64,000 bases of DNA, taken from NCBI GenBank assembly GCA_032654565.1, contig JAULAX010000010.1, positions 96,001 to 160,000 of the forward strand, given 5' to 3'. A model generated the notes under the pieces. The model made no database searches. It was not told the DNA's origin and was given only the letters and a program-made list of their open reading frames with translations. Below are positions 17,784 to 26,758 of the stretch, one piece after another. The translations under genes and the position numbers were made by a program. The DNA comes from Anaeromyxobacteraceae bacterium. GTDB taxonomy: Bacteria > Myxococcota > Myxococcia > Myxococcales > Anaeromyxobacteraceae. How positions within the stretch are numbered: the stretch's first letter is position 1; each line of letters starts with the position of its first letter.

Positions 17784-20675
17784 ATGGCCCAGCCCACCGA
17801 CCTGTATCGCCACAACCCGCTCATCCACCGCGACCGCCGCCTCGGCGAGTCGAAGTCGGAGTGGGTCCGCTCCTTCGCCTGCACCGACCTGAAGCCGCTC
17901 ATCGTCTGCCGCGGCCCCATCCGCAAGGAGGCCATGGACGTCTTCGAGGAGATGGGGATCAGCCACTACGGGATCCTGCTCTCCGAGAAGGACTCCATCG
18001 TCTACCCCAACGCACTGGCCCCCGAGCTGCGCCAGTTCAACGACTCCAGCCGCGTCCACCGGGTGCCCGACTACTCCGGCGCCAGCAAGGAGGAGCGCGT
18101 CGAGCGCATGAACCAGATCGTGCAGATCGCGCACGACAACGGCTACGACTCGGTCTTCGCCGGCTACGGGTTCATGGCCGAGGACGAGGAGTTCGTCGCC
18201 ACCATCGAGAAGGCCGGGCTCAAGTTCATCGGCCCCAACTCCACCACCCAGGCCCGCGCCGGAAAGAAGGACGAGGCCAAGCGGACGGCGCTGGAGGTCA
18301 AGGTCAGCGTCACCCCGGGCATCAACAACGTCACCGCCCGCACCGTGGTCTCCAAGTTCCCCAGCCGCAAGCAGCTGCTGGCGGTCATCGAGGCCCGCAA
18401 GCTCACCGTCGATCCCAAGGTGGTGGCCAACGAGAAGCTCTCCCTCGAGGACCTCGCCGACCAGATCCTCGCCGCCTGCTACGCCAGCGGCCAGGACCTC
18501 TACACCATCGAGGAGCTGGGGGCGCAGGTGGAGAAGGAGGTCGCCGCCATGTTCAGGGAGCACCCGCGCAGCCGGGTGCGCCTCAAGGCCATCGGCGGCG
18601 GCGGCGGCAAGGGGCAGCGCCTCCTGGGCGGCTCGCTGCTGACCATGGAGAAGGCCACCGACAAGGACATCGCCGCGGCCTCGGTCGACGCCCCGGCGCT
18701 GGTGCGCGAGGTGCTCAACGAGGTCAAGGCCACCGGCGTCGGCGACAACAAGAACGTCCTGGTCGAGCTCAACATCGAGCAGACCCGCCACAACGAGATC
18801 CAGCTGCTCGGCAACGGCCAGTGGTGCGTGACCCTGGGCGGCCGCGACTGCTCGCTGCAGATGCACGAGCAGAAGCTGCTGGAGATCTCGGTGACGCAGG
18901 AGGGGCTGACCGCCGCCATCGAGCGGGCCGAGCAGGCCGGACGGAAGGCCGAGGCCAGGTCGCTGGCCACCGATCTCGAGATCCTCAAGCGCATGGAGGC
19001 CGACGCCGCCCGCTTCGGGCAGGCGGTGGGGCTCGACTCCGCCTCCACCTTCGAGTGCATCGTCGACCGCGACCGCTACTACTTCATGGAGGTCAACACC
19101 CGCATCCAGGTGGAGCATCGGGTCTCCGAGCTCTGCTACAGCCTCAAGTTCACCAACCCCGACGACGCCAGCGACTTCTTCGTCGTCGAGTCGCTGGTCG
19201 AGGCCATGGCCCTGCTGGCCCGCCACAAGAAGCGACTCCCCAAGCCGGTCCGCATCCCCCGCTTCGGCGCCTCCGCCGAGGCCCGCCTCAACGCCACCGA
19301 CGCCTCGCTCTCGCCCCACGCCGGCGGCGTCATCCGCTTCTGGTCCAAGCCCATCGAGGGCGAGATCCGCGACGACCAGGGCATCAGCCTGCCCAACCCC
19401 GACACCGGCATGTTCATGCGCTACCGGGTGGCCGGGGCCTACGACTCCAACATCGCCCTGCTGCTCACCCAGGGCGAGCACCGCCTGCAGAGCTACCAGC
19501 GCCTCTCCACGGTGCTGGCCAGGACCAGCCTGCGCGGGCAGGACGTCGCCACCAACCTCGAGTTCCACTACGGCCTGGTCAACTGGTTCATCGGCCAGAA
19601 CGTCATGGCCAAGCCGACCACCCGCTTCGTGGTCCCGTACCTGACGCTGGTGGGCCAGCTCAAGGAGGAGGCCGGGAAGATCGACACCGTCGTCGCCTTC
19701 CTGGAGATGAAGAAGCACTACGCCAAGCAGGTGGCCGCGGCCAACCCCGACGATCCGGCCCTGGCCAAGGCCATGTCGGAGGTGCTGGACCGCAAGGGGA
19801 CGCTGCTGACCCGCCCCATGGACCGGCTCATCGACGACCCGCACCTGCTCTCCGGCTGGCTCAGCCTGCACCGCAACGACGCCACCTTCGAAGGCAAGAA
19901 GCTCACCTGGCGGCGCAACCCGCTGGCCATCCTCCAGGAGACCTACGACTACCTCAACATGGCCTGGGATCCGGCGGCGCCGGCCGCCGAGGTCATCTGG
20001 GAGCACGACCAGGCGCTGCTGTCGCGGGCCATCCGCTTCTACGCCGAGGTGCGCAAGAAGCTCGGCCTCTCCGAGGAGCAGTTCAACGAGCTCGACGAGG
20101 TGCTGCGCAAGGAGGCGCCCGCCGGCGGGTACGACGCCGCGACCTGGGAGCAGATCCGGGCCGCCCACCTCGGCTTCGAGGCCGGCAACGAGCTGCTCGG
20201 GCTGCTCTTCACCATCGCCGAGAAGGTGAAGTTCTTCGCCTTCCGCGTCGAGGAGGACCTCGACGTGACCATCCCGGTCCACCTCAACGACGCCGACCTG
20301 CAGGCCCGGATGAAGAAGATCCTGGTCCCGCCGCCGCAGACCAAGGCCGACGAGATCGTGGCGGTGAGCGGCGGCATGTACTACGGGCAGGAGGCCCCGG
20401 GCCGCCCGCGCTTCGTCACCGAGGGCATGCACTTCGAGAAGGGGCAGCCGCTCTACGTGGTCGAGGTGATGAAGATGTTCAACACCATCCGCGCCCCCTT
20501 CTCGGGCACCCTCGACAAGATCGTCATCCAGGGCGGGGAGGGGACCATCGTGCAGAAGGGGCAGCCGCTCTTCAAGATCACCCCGGACGAGAAGCACGTC
20601 GAGGTCGATCCGCGCGAGCTGGAGAAGCAGCGGCGGGTCACCACCGGCGAGGCGCTCAAGGCCATCCTGGAGTAG
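17784..20675 (+). CDS. Biotin carboxylase-BCCP fusion (acyl-CoA carboxylase alpha subunit)
   Basis: AGYGFMAE, KAIGGGGGKG, RDCSLQ, FMEVNTRIQVEH, biotinylation motif EVMKM. Confidence 0.92.
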   Translation: MAQPTDLYRHNPLIHRDRRLGESKSEWVRSFACTDLKPLIVCRGPIRKEAMDVFEEMGISHYGILLSEKDSIVYPNALAPELRQFNDSSRVHRVPDYSGASKEERVERMNQIVQIAHDNGYDSVFAGYGFMAEDEEFVATIEKAGLKFIGPNSTTQARAGKKDEAKRTALEVKVSVTPGINNVTARTVVSKFPSRKQLLAVIEARKLTVDPKVVANEKLSLEDLADQILAACYASGQDLYTIEELGAQVEKEVAAMFREHPRSRVRLKAIGGGGGKGQRLLGGSLLTMEKATDKDIAAASVDAPALVREVLNEVKATGVGDNKNVLVELNIEQTRHNEIQLLGNGQWCVTLGGRDCSLQMHEQKLLEISVTQEGLTAAIERAEQAGRKAEARSLATDLEILKRMEADAARFGQAVGLDSASTFECIVDRDRYYFMEVNTRIQVEHRVSELCYSLKFTNPDDASDFFVVESLVEAMALLARHKKRLPKPVRIPRFGASAEARLNATDASLSPHAGGVIRFWSKPIEGEIRDDQGISLPNPDTGMFMRYRVAGAYDSNIALLLTQGEHRLQSYQRLSTVLARTSLRGQDVATNLEFHYGLVNWFIGQNVMAKPTTRFVVPYLTLVGQLKEEAGKIDTVVAFLEMKKHYAKQVAAANPDDPALAKAMSEVLDRKGTLLTRPMDRLIDDPHLLSGWLSLHRNDATFEGKKLTWRRNPLAILQETYDYLNMAWDPAAPAAEVIWEHDQALLSRAIRFYAEVRKKLGLSEEQFNELDEVLRKEAPAGGYDAATWEQIRAAHLGFEAGNELLGLLFTIAEKVKFFAFRVEEDLDVTIPVHLNDADLQARMKKILVPPPQTKADEIVAVSGGMYYGQEAPGRPRFVTEGMHFEKGQPLYVVEVMKMFNTIRAPFSGTLDKIVIQGGEGTIVQKGQPLFKITPDEKHVEVDPRELEKQRRVTTGEALKAILE

Positions 20676-20714
20676 GTTCGGCGGCAATCGATCATCGGCG
20701 CTGGGGGCACACGG

Positions 20715-21344
20715 ATGAAGCCAGGCAAGTTCATCGTCTTCGAGGGCATCTACGGCGCCGGGCGGCTGGTGGTGGCGCTGGTCGACAAGGTGCGCGCGGC
20801 GCTGGCCGCCGAGGGGGTCGAGGTCTACGAGCTGGACAGCCCCGACAGCGGCCGGGCCCAGCTGATGGGCGCCGGCGGGCTCGACGGCAGCTGGCGGTAC
20901 GGCCGGTTCGAGGCCGACTTCTTCTTCGAGCTGGCCTCCCGGGCGCGGGTCTCGGCGGTGGCGCGCGAGAAGCTCGGCAGCGGCAAGACCGTGCTCTGCA
21001 AGAGCTTCACCCTCTCCTCGGTGGTCTACGCCGGCCTGAAGGGGCACGACTGGTTCCGCGAGGATCTCAACGTGCTGGAGGCGCGGGCCCGCGGCATGCT
21101 CGGCGCCGCGCCGCTCGCCCCCGACCTGACCGTCTTCGTCGACCTCCCGCCCGAGGCGGCGGTGCGCGAGCTGGGCGACAAGCTCACCGGGCTCTTCACC
21201 CTCGACGACCTCAAGCAGCAGCGGGCCGCCTACCTGGCCGAGCTGGGGCGCCTCCCGGCGGGCAGCGTCAAGCTGCTGCACGCCGCCGAGACCGCCGACG
21301 CCATCTTCCCCGAGGCGATGGCGGCGGTCCGGGCGTTGAAGTAG
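20715..21344 (+). CDS. Thymidylate kinase-like protein with a degenerate P-loop
   Basis: GKFIVFEGIYGAGRLV and PDLTVFVDLPPE resemble Tmk; the GK(S/T) and DR motifs are altered. Confidence 0.65.
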   Translation: MKPGKFIVFEGIYGAGRLVVALVDKVRAALAAEGVEVYELDSPDSGRAQLMGAGGLDGSWRYGRFEADFFFELASRARVSAVAREKLGSGKTVLCKSFTLSSVVYAGLKGHDWFREDLNVLEARARGMLGAAPLAPDLTVFVDLPPEAAVRELGDKLTGLFTLDDLKQQRAAYLAELGRLPAGSVKLLHAAETADAIFPEAMAAVRALK

Positions 21345-21353
21345 GCACTGCGG

Positions 21354-22013
21354 CTACGGCACCTGCCCCAGCCCCTCGCGGGCCGAGAGCTGGTCGGGGG
21401 CGAAGGCCAGCACCGCCTCGAAGGCCTCGCGCGCCTCGCGGTTGCGCCCCAGCTTGAGCAGGGTCCAGCCGAGCCCGGTGCGCATCTCGGCGTTGGCCGG
21501 CCAGGCGGCCACCGCCCTCCGGTAGAGCGGCTCGGCCTCGCTGTACTGGAGCTGGCTGAAGTGGATCCAGGCCAGCCGGCTCACGGCCGTGAAGTCGTTG
21601 GGAGCGAGCAGCAGCGCCTCCTCGCCCAGCTTCTGCGCGTCCTTCCAGCGCCGCAGCGCCATCAGCGGCAGCATGGCGCCGAGCCGCGGCTCGACCGCCG
21701 CCGGCTCCAGGGCCGCGGCCTTCTGGTAGGCGCTGGCCGAGAGGGCGTGGCGGCCGGCCAGGTAGTGGAGCCAGCCCCTGCGCAGCACCCCCACGTAGCC
21801 GCTTCCGGCCGGGCCGAGCTTCTCCATCAGGTCGAGGGCGCTGGTGTAGTCGCCGCGGGATTCCGCGGCGTAGGACTGTCGGTAGAGATCGGCGGCGGCC
21901 CCCTGGGCCCGGACGGCCGGGGCGGCCAGCAGGGCGGCGAGGAGCAGGGCGGCGCGGAGCAGGGCGGCGCGGAGCAGGGCGGTGCGGAGCAGGACGGTGT
22001 GCATGGTGTTCAC
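21354..22013 (-). CDS. Exported TPR protein
   Basis: Signal peptide (VRA-Q) and several TPR-like repeats. Confidence 0.8.
   Translation of the reverse strand: MNTMHTVLLRTALLRAALLRAALLLAALLAAPAVRAQGAAADLYRQSYAAESRGDYTSALDLMEKLGPAGSGYVGVLRRGWLHYLAGRHALSASAYQKAAALEPAAVEPRLGAMLPLMALRRWKDAQKLGEEALLLAPNDFTAVSRLAWIHFSQLQYSEAEPLYRRAVAAWPANAEMRTGLGWTLLKLGRNREAREAFEAVLAFAPDQLSAREGLGQVP
21928..22002. repeat. 15-bp tandem repeat (about 5 copies) in the signal-peptide coding region
   Basis: agcagggcggcgcgg units, encoding (LLRAA)n. Confidence 0.75.
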
Positions 22014-22028
22014 CTCGGGTTGAGAGAG

Positions 22029-23216
22029 CTAGAAGGCGTAGGTGAGGCCGGCGGTGAGCCGGGTGGCGGTGGAGTCGACGGGGGTGGCGCCGCTGGCCGC
22101 GGTTCGCCAGCGCTCCAGGTCGGCACCGAGCCAGCCGCGGACCGAGCTGCTGAACGGCACGCCGGCCTGCAGCCGCAGCGCACCACGCAGCTCCTCGGGG
22201 AGGCCGTAGAGGGTCCGCTCGCCGAGGTCCCAGGGGCGGCGCTGGCTGCCGTACTCGCCGCGCAGCGAGAGCGTCCAGGGGCCCTTCCAGGCCACCCCGG
22301 CCAGGGCCGCGCCGCTCACCGTGCCGTCGAGCCGCTGGCCACGCCAGCCGGCCTCGAGCGAGAGGTGGCGGCCGATGGGCAGGGCGGCGCCGACCTCGAG
22401 CTGGGCGCTCGACTGGTCCTCCCAGGAGACGACGGCCGCCGAGGCCCGCCACTCGAGCCCGAGCCGGAGCGTGGCGGCCAGCCCGGCGCCGGCCCCGCCG
22501 TACGCATAGATCTTCTTCACCCCACCGGTCGCCGAGGTCGAGCTGGAGGCGGCGACGCCCTGCAGCGCCAGGCTCCAGCCGGACCCGGCGTAGCCGAGGG
22601 AGAGCTGCCCCTCGAGCGCCAGGTCGCTGATCCCGGCGCGGCCTCCGCCGGGGGTCGCCACCGGGGCGGCGAAGCCGCGGGCGGTGGCGCCGATGGTCCA
22701 GTGGTCGCGCAGGACGGCGTCGAGGGAGAGCGCCCCCGAGCCGAGCGAGCCGCGGCTGGGGTTGCCGCGCCAGCTGGTGCCGCCGGCGGAGAGGCCGAGC
22801 CAGAGCTGGTCGGGCGAGCCGCGCCGGTTCAGGGCGTCCTCGAGGCCGCGCTGCGCCTCGGCCGAGTCGGGGGAGAGCGCCAGGGCCCGCCGGTAGGCGC
22901 GGGCGGCCTCGGCGTAGTTGCCGGCGCGGAGCAGGAAGAAGGCCCGGTCGAGCTGCAGCGGGAAGTCCTGCGGCCAGGTGGCGGCCGGGGTCTCCAGCAG
23001 CCTGGCCGCCTCGGCGAAGCGGCCCGCCGCGGCCAGCTTCCGCGCCGCGGCCAGCGCCGCGTCGTAGGGGTCGGCCGGGGGCGCCTCCGGCGGCGCCGGC
23101 TCGACCGGCACCGCCCGGACCGGTGGTGCCGTCTCGGCCTGGGCCGCCAGGCCCGCGGCCGGCGGAGAGACCGCCAGCAGGAGGGCCACCAGCCGCGCCG
23201 CAGGCAGGCTACCCAC
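22029..23216 (-). CDS. TPR plus outer-membrane beta-barrel protein
   Basis: Signal peptide, N-terminal TPR, amphipathic strands, C-terminal beta-signal (AGLTYAF). Confidence 0.7.
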   Translation of the reverse strand: MGSLPAARLVALLLAVSPPAAGLAAQAETAPPVRAVPVEPAPPEAPPADPYDAALAAARKLAAAGRFAEAARLLETPAATWPQDFPLQLDRAFFLLRAGNYAEAARAYRRALALSPDSAEAQRGLEDALNRRGSPDQLWLGLSAGGTSWRGNPSRGSLGSGALSLDAVLRDHWTIGATARGFAAPVATPGGGRAGISDLALEGQLSLGYAGSGWSLALQGVAASSSTSATGGVKKIYAYGGAGAGLAATLRLGLEWRASAAVVSWEDQSSAQLEVGAALPIGRHLSLEAGWRGQRLDGTVSGAALAGVAWKGPWTLSLRGEYGSQRRPWDLGERTLYGLPEELRGALRLQAGVPFSSSVRGWLGADLERWRTAASGATPVDSTATRLTAGLTYAF

Positions 23217-25377
23217 GGGCCACCTCCTCGACCCGCCGGGCCCGGCTGACCTCGTCGCCCACCCGGACCTCGAGCTCCAGGGGACCTGCGGCGTCGAAGA
23301 CCGCCAGCGTCTGCAGCGCCCGGCCGCCGGCGCGACCGGCGCCGCGGATCTCCAGCCGGGCCCCGCGGCGCCCCGCCGTGTAGGCCACCGCCACGCCGCC
23401 CTCGGGGAGGAACGGCTCGGCCAGGTCGGAGAGCCAGCGGACCCAGCGGGGCCGGAGCCGCCGCCGCGGGAGCACGTCGTCCCAGCGCAGCCCCGCCGGC
23501 AGCTCGTAGGGGACCCGCGGCGCGGCGGTGGCCAGCAGGTGGAGCGCGCTCTCGCGGCGCCCGAGCTGGTCGTGGACCACGAACTGTCGCCCCTGGTTCT
23601 CGAACCAGAGCGTCGCGCCCATCGACCGCGACTCCAGGAAGAGCTCGCCGAAGAGGCCGATGCGCGAGGCCACCTCCTCGCGCAGCGTCCGCCCCCTCGC
23701 CCCGGTCACCTCGAAGGCCAGGGGGGCGCCGATCCCGAAGGCGAAGGGGGTGGTTCCCTCCTCGCGGCGCACCAGCGCCCGGACCGACAGCCCCTCGGCC
23801 GGCAGCAGCCAGCGGTGGAGCACCGGCTGGTCCTCGTCACCGGAGAGCACGTCGGAGAAGGTCGGTTCCAGCGTCGGCGCCCCGAGGCGGGGATTGCCCT
23901 GCAGCTGGAAGTGGAGGTGGGGGACGAAGGACCGGCCGCTGTTGCCGCACAGGCCGAGCCGGGCCCCCTGCCGGACCAGCTGGCCCTCCCGCACCTCCAC
24001 CGTCCCCGGGGAGAGGTGGGCCACCAGCGAGTAGAGCCCGACGCCGTGCTGCAGCAGCACCACGTTGCCCCAGGGCTCGCGGGCGTTGCGGGTGCCGGGG
24101 GCGTTGTCCGGCACGTCGTTGACCACCTTCACCACGGTGCCGTCGGCGGCCGCCAGCACCGGCAGCCGGTAGCAGCGGTGGTCGCGCAGCTCCAGCCCGC
24201 CCGCGGCGTGGGTGGTGCCGGCGGCGTCCGCCACCTCGAAGTCGAGGCCGTGGCGCCAGGGGCCGCGGTGGGTGTGCCGGCCGTCCACCCCCTGCGTCAC
24301 CAGCCAGCGGCCGGCGAAGGGGAGGGCGAAGCGGACGCCGTAGCCCGGGCCGAAGCGGGCCACCCGGGTCCGGTAGTAGGCCAGGTTGGCCTCCGGCGTC
24401 CCGGCGGCGAAGTCCACCGCCTTGGGCGCGGCGTCGCGCACCCGCTGCCGCAGCGCCAGCAGCACCACCAGCATGGTGACGTTGAAGGGGAGGAGCAGGA
24501 CCGGCAGGTCGACGGGCCGGAGCAGCGCCGTGGCGCCGGCGGTGGCCAGCCCGGTGAGCAGGGCGGCGCCGGCGGCCAGCAGGAAGGCGGCGCGCTGCGG
24601 GACGAACCAGACGCCGCCGAGCGCCACCGCCGTGAGCATGGCGTTGGCGCAGAGCACCAGCAGCGAGGCGTCGCTGGCCAGCGTCACCACGCCGGCGGCG
24701 AGGGCCGCGGCCACGCCGAAGCCGACCAGGGAGAGCAGGGTGGCGATGCGGCTCTGCAGCACCAGCGCCGCCAGCACCAGCGCGCCGGCCGTCACCGTCG
24801 GGGAGAAGAAGATGGCCCCCAGGCTGCGCAGGTAGAGCGCCGCCAGCTCCGGGAGCCAGGCCGGCGGCGGCTCCGGGAGGAGCGACGGCGCCGTCCGCGA
24901 CACCACGCCGACCACCGGGGCGGCGGCCAGCGCCAGCCAGGTGACCAGCACCGACGGGAGCGAGAGGAGCGGCAAGGCGAAGACCGCCCCCAGCGCCGAC
25001 TCCAGCGCCGCCTCCAGGAAGACCACCGCCACCACGGCCAGCGCCAGCAGCGCCGCGGCCCCGGCGCCGGGCTCGAAGAGGGCGCCGATGGCCAGGCCGA
25101 CCAGCAGCGGGTTGTAGCCGTAGCGGCCGCGCGCCGAGGCCGCCTCCCCGAGGGAGAGCAGCCGCACCAGGGCCTGGCCGAGGAGCACCGCGGTCAGGCC
25201 GGAGAGGCCGAGGCGGGGCGACAGCGCCGTGGCCAGGAGCAGCAGCGCGCCGACGCCGGGGTGGTCGGAGAAGAGCACCTGGGCGTAGGCCACCAGCGCC
25301 GCGGCGGCGGTGGGGGGCAGGGCCGGCCGGGGCGACGGCCCGACGCCCTCGGCCAGGCCGGCGCGGTCGGCGGTCAC
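23209..25377 (-). CDS. Urea transporter-like membrane domain fused to an M23 peptidase
   Basis: YAQVLF, YGYNPLLVGL, LSLP/LLLPF repeats of the UT family; M23 motifs HGLDF, WGNVVL, AHL, GNSGRS..PHLHFQ. GTGA overlap with the upstream gene. Confidence 0.8.
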   Translation of the reverse strand: MTADRAGLAEGVGPSPRPALPPTAAAALVAYAQVLFSDHPGVGALLLLATALSPRLGLSGLTAVLLGQALVRLLSLGEAASARGRYGYNPLLVGLAIGALFEPGAGAAALLALAVVAVVFLEAALESALGAVFALPLLSLPSVLVTWLALAAAPVVGVVSRTAPSLLPEPPPAWLPELAALYLRSLGAIFFSPTVTAGALVLAALVLQSRIATLLSLVGFGVAAALAAGVVTLASDASLLVLCANAMLTAVALGGVWFVPQRAAFLLAAGAALLTGLATAGATALLRPVDLPVLLLPFNVTMLVVLLALRQRVRDAAPKAVDFAAGTPEANLAYYRTRVARFGPGYGVRFALPFAGRWLVTQGVDGRHTHRGPWRHGLDFEVADAAGTTHAAGGLELRDHRCYRLPVLAAADGTVVKVVNDVPDNAPGTRNAREPWGNVVLLQHGVGLYSLVAHLSPGTVEVREGQLVRQGARLGLCGNSGRSFVPHLHFQLQGNPRLGAPTLEPTFSDVLSGDEDQPVLHRWLLPAEGLSVRALVRREEGTTPFAFGIGAPLAFEVTGARGRTLREEVASRIGLFGELFLESRSMGATLWFENQGRQFVVHDQLGRRESALHLLATAAPRVPYELPAGLRWDDVLPRRRLRPRWVRWLSDLAEPFLPEGGVAVAYTAGRRGARLEIRGAGRAGGRALQTLAVFDAAGPLELEVRVGDEVSRARRVEEVARG

Positions 25378-26720
25378 GACAGCCACGCCGGGACCTCCTC
25401 CTGGCTGAGCAGGGTGTCGACCGTCTCGCGCTTGCGGATCACCGAGACCTCTCCCTGGCGGGAGATCAGCACCACCGCCGGCCGCTCCTGGATGAACTGC
25501 ATCCACTGGGTGACGTTGTAGGCACCGACGTTGCGGAAGACGAGCTGGTCCCCCGGGTTCATGGGCGGGAAGAGCAGGTTGTCCCGGACCACGTCGATGT
25601 TCATGCAGAGCGGGCCGTACATCACCGTCGGCTCCGGGGTGCCGCTCAGCTCCTGGGCGGGGATGACGTCGTGCTTGTACCAGTTGGCGGTGAAGAGCAG
25701 GTTGACGCCGGCGTCGAGCACCACGCCGCGCCGGCCGTCGGGCAGCCGCTTGTTGGCGTGGACGCTGGCCACCAGCGAGCCGGCCTCGTCCACCAGCGCC
25801 CGGCCGGTCTCCAGGAAGATGGTGGGGGCCTTCTCCGGCGGGTACTGCAGTGCGCCGAGGCCGTCGGCGATGGCCTCGGCGTAGGCGCTGAAGGCCGGCG
25901 TGGTCTGCTCGCCCGGGAGGTACTGGGCGTGGAGGGTGTTGCGCGAGGCGAAGCCGCCGCCCAGGTCGAGGTAGTCGAGGTGGACGCCGTGCTCGCGCGC
26001 CAGCTGGTTGGCGAACTCGGCCATCTTGGCCGCCTCCTGCCGGTAGGCCTCCACGTCCTGCACGAAGGTGCCGATGTGGCAGTGCAGGCCGGCCAGCACC
26101 AGCCGGTCGCCGGCCCGGAGCCGCCGCACCGCGTCGGCGGCCTGTCCGCTCTCCAGGTTGAAGCCGAAGCGGGACCAGGCCGGCGTGCCCGCCACCGCCA
26201 TGTTGAGCCGGATGGCCACCTTGGGTCGCAGGCCGAGCTTCTGGGCGACCCGCTCGGCGCGGAGGATCTCGTCGAAGTTGTCGAGGTGGACGCGGGCCCC
26301 CACCGTGAAGGCCTTCTCCAGCGCCGCGTCGGGCTTGAACGGGCCGTTGAAGAGGATCTGGGTGCCGGGCACGCCGAGGTGGAGGGCCTTCTCCATCTCC
26401 ATGGCGCTGACCACCTCGGCCCAGGAGCCCTCGCGGTGGAAGACCTTGCAGATGGCGTCGAGGTAGTTGGTCTTGTAGGACCAGGCCAGCTGGGCCCGCG
26501 GCAGCCGCAGGGCCAGCGCGTCGCGCAGCTCGCGGTAGCGGGAGACCAGGGAGCGCTCGCTGAAGACGAAGAGCGGCGAGCCGTACCTGGCCACCAGGTC
26601 GCGGACCGGGACGCCCTCGAGCTCGGTGAGCGGGCGGGTGGCCTGGGAGCGGGCGAACTTGTTCATCATCCCGGGCTGGTGGCGGACGAAGGTGGGGCGC
26701 TCGTAGCGGACGAGTGACAT
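25374..26720 (-). CDS. Type III PLP-dependent decarboxylase (LysA/DAP decarboxylase-like)
   Basis: YGSPLF, SYKTN (PLP Lys), SRFG, HCHIGT, DLGGGF, ETGR, GPLCMNID, VGAY. Confidence 0.88.
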   Translation of the reverse strand: MSLVRYERPTFVRHQPGMMNKFARSQATRPLTELEGVPVRDLVARYGSPLFVFSERSLVSRYRELRDALALRLPRAQLAWSYKTNYLDAICKVFHREGSWAEVVSAMEMEKALHLGVPGTQILFNGPFKPDAALEKAFTVGARVHLDNFDEILRAERVAQKLGLRPKVAIRLNMAVAGTPAWSRFGFNLESGQAADAVRRLRAGDRLVLAGLHCHIGTFVQDVEAYRQEAAKMAEFANQLAREHGVHLDYLDLGGGFASRNTLHAQYLPGEQTTPAFSAYAEAIADGLGALQYPPEKAPTIFLETGRALVDEAGSLVASVHANKRLPDGRRGVVLDAGVNLLFTANWYKHDVIPAQELSGTPEPTVMYGPLCMNIDVVRDNLLFPPMNPGDQLVFRNVGAYNVTQWMQFIQERPAVVLISRQGEVSVIRKRETVDTLLSQEEVPAWLS

Positions 26721-26758
26721 GCGAAGCCTCTGCGGGTGGGGTGGGGGAGGGGTGGAGG

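Noticed and set aside
15795..20675. 1626-aa ORF suggesting one giant carboxylase
   Set aside because: Its N-terminal part is an off-frame overlap with the carboxyltransferase gene; the real protein starts at 17784.
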